Source of the DNA: Candidatus Dormiibacterota bacterium
GTDB taxonomy: Bacteria; Acidobacteriota; Terriglobia; Acidiferrales; UBA7541
Assembly: GCA_035569555.1 (NCBI GenBank)
Contig: DATMMW010000040.1
Coordinates: 214,101 to 278,100, forward strand
DNA length: 64,000 nt
Direction of reading: 5' to 3'
The notes below the pieces were generated by a model. That model was not told where the DNA came from and searched no databases. It saw only the letters and a list, made by a program, of their open reading frames with translations. The first letter of the stretch is position 1. Every line of letters starts with the position of its first letter. The position numbers and the translations under genes are program-made. Below, in pieces: positions 58,703 to 64,000 of the stretch.

Positions 58703-58871
58703 CCGCAGTTCCTTCCCGTTCATTTCAGAAGTATGAGTTCCGTCTTCCCCGGATTTTGTCCGGGACTCTGCCTGGATGCGACGCACTGTAGTACGCGGTA
58801 AGCGAAAAGGAAAGAAAGAGATTTTCGAAAAGCGGGGGATGGGGCAAGTTATTGATTTTTTTTGTTGGTTA

Positions 58872-58909
58872 GGATCGAGTGCGCCACCCGCCAGAGTGGG
58901 CCACCCGCG
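58872..58909 (+). repeat. GCCACCCGCC box, copy B (full unit + half unit)
   Basis: GGATCGAGTGCGCCACCCGCC (58872-92) is immediately followed by AGAGTGGGCCACCCGCG (58893-909). It lies in the divergent intergenic region between 58702 and 59013. Confidence 0.7.
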
Positions 58910-59012
58910 ACAAATGGGTTGACAAGGTTCGCGGTAACGAGCGACGCTTCAAGTGTCGGGACAATCCCTGCCCTGCCTCGTCGTCAGTTCAATCCAGCCT
59001 TTTAACTACGCC

Positions 59013-60107
59013 ATGTTTAAAAAAATTGTTCCGGTACTCGCTGTCTTGTTTTTTCCCCTCTTCCCGGCTTCTGCGCAAACGCAGTGCGATGACCAACTGT
59101 GTCGAAATCTGAAGGCCATACTTGGTGAGGCGGTATTTGACTTCAGGGCATATCGAGCGAACAAGACTCCCGGTCCTGACGTCTCGATCGAGGGAACGGT
59201 GGTCCCATGTCAAATATCGCTTTGGGTAAACAATGTACCGATGTACATCTGCTCCGCCAAAGTTCCAAATGCGGATTCGCAAAAATGGTATGCCAGAGCA
59301 CTCCAGGTGCTGCAAGGTCTCAACCCAACGTGGCAGTTCCAGATCAGTTCCTCGGGTGAAGATCACTATGTGGATGCAGGCCCGCCAAATTGCGAGATTC
59401 CGCCCAATGACGGGCCACACCTCGGCCAATGTCCGCTTCACCTGCAAACGATGAAGCAAAGCGATGGAACATCGAAGCTGTATCTTTGGATGAACTCAAT
59501 TTCCTCACCGTATCTTCTGAAGCCGCCCCCGCCGCCGCCCTCTCCCGCTCCTTCCAAAGCTGTTGCATCCGCCGCCAATTCGGCTGCCGCTCCGGCCGCT
59601 GCCCCGCCAGCAATCACTGGTTGTGATGATTTCTGCCAGAACCTGAAAAAGGCGTTTGAAGCCCGTGTCGGGGCTTTTGCAGGTATCCGCACTACCAAAG
59701 GAACTGACGCCAAAGAAAATGACGCCAAAGGAAATGCAAAAGAAAATGTCAAAGAAAATGCCCAAGGAAATGATGGTTCGGCTGAGGTAACTGTAAAACT
59801 CGCGGGAGCGAAGCAGTGCAGCGTCAAGGAAGTTCCAGGGTCACAATCCAGCGGTCTTGGAACTCAGTTCGTTTGCTATTGGCGGGAAAATTCCGTTTCC
59901 TCAGCAGAGGAAAAATTCCGTGATCTCGTCTCACGCCTTGAGATTTTGATTCCTTCGAATTGGGCAACTCATCAGGAAAATGAATTGGATGATTCCACCG
60001 GTGCGGAGATCACGGCCTGGTATGCGGTCGAGCCAGGTGGCAAACATGACGTTCGCGTATATGTTTCGGTGGAATCCGTCGGCCTGCATGTTACGGCGCG
60101 GAACTAG
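59013..60107 (+). CDS. secreted hypothetical protein with internally duplicated Cys-containing domain
   Basis: Signal peptide MFKKIVPVLAVLFFPLFPASA. QCDDQLCRNLK... and GCDDFCQNLKK... open two similar modules separated by a Pro/Ala linker. Contains a KEN-rich 12-15-nt tandem repeat at 59708-59775. Confidence 0.7.
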   Translation: MFKKIVPVLAVLFFPLFPASAQTQCDDQLCRNLKAILGEAVFDFRAYRANKTPGPDVSIEGTVVPCQISLWVNNVPMYICSAKVPNADSQKWYARALQVLQGLNPTWQFQISSSGEDHYVDAGPPNCEIPPNDGPHLGQCPLHLQTMKQSDGTSKLYLWMNSISSPYLLKPPPPPPSPAPSKAVASAANSAAAPAAAPPAITGCDDFCQNLKKAFEARVGAFAGIRTTKGTDAKENDAKGNAKENVKENAQGNDGSAEVTVKLAGAKQCSVKEVPGSQSSGLGTQFVCYWRENSVSSAEEKFRDLVSRLEILIPSNWATHQENELDDSTGAEITAWYAVEPGGKHDVRVYVSVESVGLHVTARN

Positions 60108-60219
60108 CGCGTCGTTGTCTATCCTCGAACGAAGACAACTTCTTTCCACGTCTTGGATTCTACGGCTATTTTAGACGCTCACGCAGGTCAAAGGCGAGTG
60201 TCGGAAAGAAGAAGCGCCC

Positions 60220-60260
60220 ACCCTTTGAAAATGCAAAGCTCAAAGGGTAGGCCACCCGCC
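60220..60260 (+). repeat. hairpin plus GCCACCCGCC box, copy D
   Basis: ACCCTTTGA (60220-28) pairs with TCAAAGGGT (60240-48), and AGGGTAGGCCACCCGCC spans 60244-60260. It lies 116 nt upstream of the 60376 gene. Confidence 0.6.
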
Positions 60261-60375
60261 TTTGGGGAATCGCTCTTGATACGGCCGACTTCGTTAGACA
60301 TGTTCCCAGCGTCTGTCCACATGTGTGGTAGCATGCGCTTTTCAAAGCCTTGATGGGCGAAAGAGGAAGGCAAAG

Positions 60376-60735
60376 ATGCGAAAAATTGCATTCGTCGCAC
60401 TGTTTCTGGCGGCCCTGCTGTTCAGTCTGAGGACTGCGTCAGCGTCGGACCCGATCACGGGAAAATGGACGTTTGTCTTTGACACCGAGGGAGGACCGAG
60501 GGAGTTTGCGGCCGACTTCAAATTGGATGGCGACAAGGTTACCGGGAAATTCGCAGAAACTGACGTAAAGGGAACTTATAAGGACCAGAAGATTGATCTG
60601 GCTTTCCCATTCCATTCGGACGAGGCAGGTATGACCGACACCTTGGCAATTACGGGTAAGTTGGAAAAAGACGCGCTCGCGGGCGACTGGACTTTCAATC
60701 AATGGAGCGGCACTTACAAAGCTCAGCGCAAATGA
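60376..60735 (+). CDS. small secreted beta-rich hypothetical protein
   Basis: ATG 60376 gives the signal peptide MRKIAFVALFLAALLFSLRTASA. 119 aa with GKWTF...GDWTF repeats. Confidence 0.7.
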   Translation: MRKIAFVALFLAALLFSLRTASASDPITGKWTFVFDTEGGPREFAADFKLDGDKVTGKFAETDVKGTYKDQKIDLAFPFHSDEAGMTDTLAITGKLEKDALAGDWTFNQWSGTYKAQRK

Positions 60736-60794
60736 AGCGGCTCAGATAATCCCTGCCACACCGACTCGATTACTCATTCATTGCTTAGTGGTTT

Positions 60795-60842
60795 GGATCG
60801 AGTGTGCCACCCGCCTGACAAACCGAGAGTGGGGCATCCGCG
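60795..60842 (+). repeat. GCCACCCGCC box, copy C (full unit + half unit)
   Basis: GGATCGAGTGTGCCACCCGCC (60795-815) and AGAGTGGGGCATCCGCG (60826-42). It ends 17 nt before GTG 60859. Confidence 0.7.
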
Positions 60843-60858
60843 CGTTAGAATAAAGCTT

Positions 60859-61671
60859 GTGCCCATTCAGAAGTGCCCGATGTGCCCACAAACGACGAGC
60901 GCAGTCTGGAGCCATTTGTATCCCCGGGCGCTTTACGAGTATTGCCGCGGTCCAGATGATGAAAGCCCGATGGTCGTGGCGGATGGCGCTGTGCTGCAGA
61001 CGGATCGCCAAGTGCAAAATCATTTACTGTGTTTAGACTGCGAAAACATTCTGAACAAAGGTGGCGAGATGTGGGTAAATCCAAAGCTCGCTACCGTCAA
61101 GGACGGTTTCCCTTTATACGACCTTGTGATGAAAGGGCCGGCAGCTTACGAAGATAGCTCCGGAGGAACCTACCACGCTGTGCGAAATCCTCATATCGAT
61201 GTGGAAAGACTTACGCATTTCGCACTCGGGATATTTTGGAAAGCAGCCGTGCACACATGGAGGGTCGGAAAGGAGGATATAAGGATTGAACTGGGACCGT
61301 ATGCAGAACCGATCCGCCTATGGCTACGGGGCGAGGGCCCATTCCCGCAGAACGTAAACCTTACGCTCCTGGTGGCTCGGCCTCAGAATGCGCTCGTGGT
61401 TATGCGCGGTCCGGTCAAACAGTCGTCAAAACAGTGGCACAGCTTCTCATTGCAGGTTCCCGGGCTTTCGTTCACGCTTCACGTTGGAAAACTCATCGAT
61501 CCGAGAAATAAGATTTGTTGTTTTTACACAAGCTCAGACCATCCCATTTTTGTATCCGATGAGGTTATGGGCGCGCTCTGGAAACGAATGGCCGAACACT
61601 ATCAGGAATCTCGAAAGACCAAGTCCTACTTAGAAGCCAAAGCGAAACGGGACGCAAAGCGTCCGCGGTGA
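60859..61671 (+). CDS. cytoplasmic hypothetical protein with N-terminal CxxC...CxxC zinc-ribbon / HNH-like module
   Basis: GTG 60859 gives MPIQKCPMCPQTTSAVWSHLYPRAL...LLCLDCENILNKGGE. The ORF-track start at 60781 would translate the repeat box. An alternative ATG at 60880 would break the first CxxC. Confidence 0.6.
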   Translation: MPIQKCPMCPQTTSAVWSHLYPRALYEYCRGPDDESPMVVADGAVLQTDRQVQNHLLCLDCENILNKGGEMWVNPKLATVKDGFPLYDLVMKGPAAYEDSSGGTYHAVRNPHIDVERLTHFALGIFWKAAVHTWRVGKEDIRIELGPYAEPIRLWLRGEGPFPQNVNLTLLVARPQNALVVMRGPVKQSSKQWHSFSLQVPGLSFTLHVGKLIDPRNKICCFYTSSDHPIFVSDEVMGALWKRMAEHYQESRKTKSYLEAKAKRDAKRPR

Positions 61672-61690
61672 CACGCATCGTCCGCGGCGT

Positions 61691-62863
61691 CTAGTCTTTG
61701 TACGGATCAAATTCGTTTGCTCCGGCCATGGCTACGCCGACTGGAGTTAAGGTGTGAAGGATGCGGATGGAGTCGCCGTGTTCGGCGAGGACTTCGGGGA
61801 GGCGTTTGTAGCAGTGGGGCGATTCGTCGAGACCAGCGCCGCGGAGTTCGACTCCGGCGCGAGTGACCCACTCGCTCATCATTTCGTGCGAGACTTTGCC
61901 GGGGCGGAGGACTGCTCCGGTTTTCTTGTCTACCTTTCCTTTGGCTTCCATCCGGCCCATGACGCGGCCCGCGCCGTGGACAGTGCTGTAGAGAGAATGT
62001 TTGGCGGATTCGTTTTCAACGCCTTCGAGAATTACGGACGTCTCGCCCATGGTGCCGCCGACGAATCCTTTTTGGCCGGGGAATGCGGGAGTCGCGCCTT
62101 TGCGCACGACCCAGTAGCTTTCGTCGCCGTGCATTTCTCGCCAGGCGAAATTGTGATGGTTGTGAACTTCTTCCAAAATTTTCGCGCCGAGAATTTTTGC
62201 GACGCGTTGGCAAACCCAGTCGCGACCAGCGTAGGCATATTCTCCGGCGAGGTTCATGCAGACGATGTACTGCTCTCCGAGGTCGGTGGCCGCTGGGATG
62301 ACGCAGGGTTCGGCATCCATGCCGTCTTTAGCTCCTCCTTTTTCGAGGAACCACGTGGCGAGTTTGTGGCCGAGTCCGCGCGAGCCGAAGTGAACGCCGA
62401 TCCAGACGCGATCTTGCTCGTCGGTGAAAAGATCCACGTAATGATTGCCGGAGCCGACGGTGCCGAGTTGCTGGCGCGCCATTTCTTTTAGCGGCGAAGC
62501 GGCTTGCGCTTTCCAGCCGGGACTTTCGAAGAGCGCGTGCTCCACGCGTTCGTTATTCTTGCGGCCAACGCCGAAGCTGATCGTGGTCCAGACTTCATCC
62601 ATGACGCGCTGAATGTTTGCGCGAAGTTCTGCGCCGGGCATGTCGAGGCGGACGGCTTTGTTGCCACAAGCAATATCAAAGCCGACGCCGGAAGGCGAGA
62701 TGGCGTCTTTGTAAGCGACAACGCCGCCGATGGGGACGGCGTAGCCTTTGTGATGGTCAGCCATGAGCGCGACTTTGTCCGCGGTGAGCGCGCACGTTTT
62801 GATTTGAGAGACTGCGCCCGGATCAGGCGCGCCCCAAATCGGAATTCCGTCAACGAATTGCAT
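61691..62863 (-). CDS. rtcB: RtcB-family RNA 3'-phosphate ligase
   Basis: About 390 aa. Contains MADHHKGYAVPIGGV, DIACGN, GSGNHY, HFGSRGLGH, HNHHN and STVHGAGR. Start taken at ATG 62863; TTG 62866 in the ORF track. Confidence 0.93.
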   Translation of the reverse strand: MQFVDGIPIWGAPDPGAVSQIKTCALTADKVALMADHHKGYAVPIGGVVAYKDAISPSGVGFDIACGNKAVRLDMPGAELRANIQRVMDEVWTTISFGVGRKNNERVEHALFESPGWKAQAASPLKEMARQQLGTVGSGNHYVDLFTDEQDRVWIGVHFGSRGLGHKLATWFLEKGGAKDGMDAEPCVIPAATDLGEQYIVCMNLAGEYAYAGRDWVCQRVAKILGAKILEEVHNHHNFAWREMHGDESYWVVRKGATPAFPGQKGFVGGTMGETSVILEGVENESAKHSLYSTVHGAGRVMGRMEAKGKVDKKTGAVLRPGKVSHEMMSEWVTRAGVELRGAGLDESPHCYKRLPEVLAEHGDSIRILHTLTPVGVAMAGANEFDPYKD

Positions 62864-63021
62864 CAAGAGAGGATAGCAAAGGCAGGGCCGGTGGACCGCA
62901 GCAACTGTCAGAACGTGAGAGCTTTGGAATTTCTAGCAGGGCGGCAGATTTTTAGGAGGTGGGAGCTTTAGCTCGCACGTAAACGCTTGAGAATATGGGC
63001 GGGCTTTAGCCCCTGAAGAAA

Positions 63022-63065
63022 GGCACGATATCGAAGATTCCGGGCACCAGCCGGAATATCGTGCC
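63022..63065. repeat. large imperfect hairpin
   Basis: GGCACGATAT (63022-31) pairs with ATATCGTGCC (63056-65). An inner stem TCCGG/CCGGA spans 63039-43 / 63051-55. Confidence 0.6.
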
Positions 63066-63240
63066 CTCTCGTCTTTTCTCTCGCGCCTGTCTCCGCTCTC
63101 CAATCTCCGCGTCCTTTGTGCTCCTCCCTCCGTGAACTCTGTGTAACCTTTTCTTTGCCTTTCTCCGCGCTCCTGCGTTATCTTTGTTCTTTCTCCCCGC
63201 TCTGCGCCCTCTGTGACTCTGTGGCTTCCCCTTGTTTCCC
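63066..63240. repeat. CT-rich degenerate repeat tract
   Basis: Almost purine-free on the plus strand. CCCTCCGTGAACTCTGTGTAACC (63126-48) resembles CCCTCTGTGACTCTGTGGCTTCC (63207-29). TCTCCGCGC/TCTCCCCGC units recur. Confidence 0.6.
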
Positions 63241-63255
63241 GCATAGTACTGTTAC

Positions 63256-63284
63256 TTGACTGGACATCCCTCCCGTGCTATACT
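63256..63284 (+). promoter_or_regulatory. orphan near-consensus sigma-70-type promoter
   Basis: TTGACT (63256-61), exactly 17 nt, then TATACT (63279-84). There is no plus-strand CDS downstream. Confidence 0.35.
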
Positions 63285-63318
63285 GTCCCGTGAAATCGCC
63301 ATTCATCCCGCCTAAGCC

Positions 63319-63480
63319 CTTTAGAATCCGCACTTCCGCATTTCGCGAAAATAACCATCTTTGTTTGCAACAGTTCCGCGACCTCCGCGGATCTGCTCAT
63401 CCTAAAGCCACTTCAAGTCGTTTAGGTTCTGCACTTACAGGAAACCTCTCGCTAACTATCTTTAGAATGAACACTTACAA
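63319..63480 (+). repeat. array of four degenerate ~18-nt direct repeats (yTTAGr..CACTTmC)
   Basis: CTTTAGAATCCGCACTTCC (63319-37), CCTAAAGCCACTTCAAG (63401-17), GTTTAGGTTCTGCACTTACAG (63420-40), CTTTAGAATGAACACTTACAA (63460-80). Confidence 0.6.
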
Positions 63481-63590
63481 AAACAGGGGGAGAGGTGATT
63501 ATGGTTAACCAGATTTCCGGCGAAGGAAATCCGTCCCGAACGACCATCGGGAGTCGAGGGATCTCTCCTCGTTCCGAGCGGATGTGGACC

Positions 63591-64000
63591 TTAGTTCTTC
63601 TCCGGAAGCGCGAAAGCGTAGAGCGTGTCTTGAATCGGGATGATCAGGTACTGGCGCCCGTCGATTTGGTAGGTCATCGGAGACGCGACCAAATGACCTC
63701 CTACATTCAGATGCCACAAGGTTTTGCCCGTGGCGGGATCCAGCGCGAGAAGATTGCTTGCGTTGTCCCCGGTGAAGAGGAGACGGCCTGCCGTCGTCAG
63801 GATTCCGGCGATGCTTTCGCCGTCGCCGAGTTCGTGATTCCAGATAAGTTTGCCCGTTTTGTAATCGAGGGCGCGAATCGCAGAGTTTGCCCAAAGATTT
63901 CTGTCGCGTCCGCCCCAGCCTTCGGCTTTGGTCTCGACCGTGTTGTAGTAAATGCTGAAGAGGCGGCGCGCGTTGACGTAGAAAAGATTCGTTTGCGGAT
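63591..64000 (-). CDS. PQQ-dependent dehydrogenase family protein, C-terminal fragment (continues beyond window)
   Basis: My own minus-strand translation gives ...ALDYKTGKLIWNHELGDGESIAGILTTAGRLLFTGDNASNLLALDPATGKTLWHLNVGGHLVASPMTYQIDGRQYLIIPIQDTLYAFALPEKN, with the stop at 63593-63591. It parallels the C-terminus of the 34125-35708 protein. It is absent from the ORF track because it has no start in the window. Confidence 0.8.
   Translation of the reverse strand, partial: PQTNLFYVNARRLFSIYYNTVETKAEGWGGRDRNLWANSAIRALDYKTGKLIWNHELGDGESIAGILTTAGRLLFTGDNASNLLALDPATGKTLWHLNVGGHLVASPMTYQIDGRQYLIIPIQDTLYAFALPEKN

Noticed and set aside
60781-60858. N-terminal extension of the zinc-ribbon protein ORF (…DRVCHPPDKPRVGHPRVRIKL)
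   Set aside because: These codons are simply the GCCACCCGCC repeat box read in frame, so the start was moved to GTG 60859.
62875-62890. Minus-strand CGGCCCTGCCTTTGCT as a sigma-54 promoter for rtcB (rtcBA is sigma-54/RtcR-dependent in E. coli)
   Set aside because: The GG-N10-GC spacing is correct, but the -24 box deviates from TGGCAC at two positions (CGGCCC). It would start transcription at or within the ATG, giving a leaderless mRNA, and no RtcR-like activator is adjacent. It is kept only as a remote possibility.
62933-63244. 103-aa minus-strand ORF (…TEGAERGERTKITQERGERQRKGYTEFTEGGAQR…)
   Set aside because: It is a translation of the purine-only complement of the CT-rich degenerate repeat tract. 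Its periodic low-complexity composition is not protein-like.
63275-63508. 77-aa plus-strand ORF (…PFRIRTSAF…TIFRMNTYKNRGRGDYG)
   Set aside because: Its start overlaps the -10 box of the only plausible promoter, and its sequence is the repeat array read in frame. No SD is present.

Overview
Dense 64-kb chromosomal segment with about 57 protein-coding genes. I recognised no rRNA, tRNA, CRISPR array, transposase or integrase. Gene content (tricorn-like protease, PEP-CTERM protein, MdtABC-type efflux, PQQ dehydrogenases) and several short interspersed repeat families suggest a soil Acidobacteriota-like genome; this is inference only.

Layout:
- 0-6.1 kb: a membrane-anchored sigma-54 activator, then an RsbW-like kinase and STAS protein packed directly against an MlaE/MlaF/MlaD plus lipoprotein transporter.
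- 6.1-19.6 kb: tricorn-like protease, cytochrome c, mdtABC-type RND efflux and an M20 peptidase.
- 19.7-33 kb: mixed housekeeping and accessory genes, including glyA, a VIT/ferritin-like protein, a LuxR/PilZ pair, DUF2252, YdcF, PAP2 and DoxX.
- 33.3-35.9 kb: diheme cytochrome c, a PQQ dehydrogenase carrying the D-Y-D (lanthanide-type) signature, and a small Zn-protein.
- 36-42.9 kb: OmpA-like, LysM and an ArsR/SRPBCC/DHFR-like trio.
- 43-56.1 kb: proS, then a long co-directional envelope cluster (PBP1A, TPR x2, NfeD, stomatin, SPOR, lnt) ending in prfB with its +1 frameshift.
- 56.1-63.6 kb: a visibly AT-richer accessory block of secreted hypothetical proteins, an HNH-like zinc-ribbon protein and an orphan rtcB. 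The block is saturated with short repeat boxes and ends in about 0.7 kb of repeat-laden non-coding DNA.

The best candidate for something new is the partner-switching kinase/STAS pair built into the Mla-type transporter operon. Next are the repeat-box-marked accessory block, the HNH-like/RtcB pair, and the orphan promoter with repeat array next to rtcB. All functional calls come from motif recognition by eye; no searches were run.
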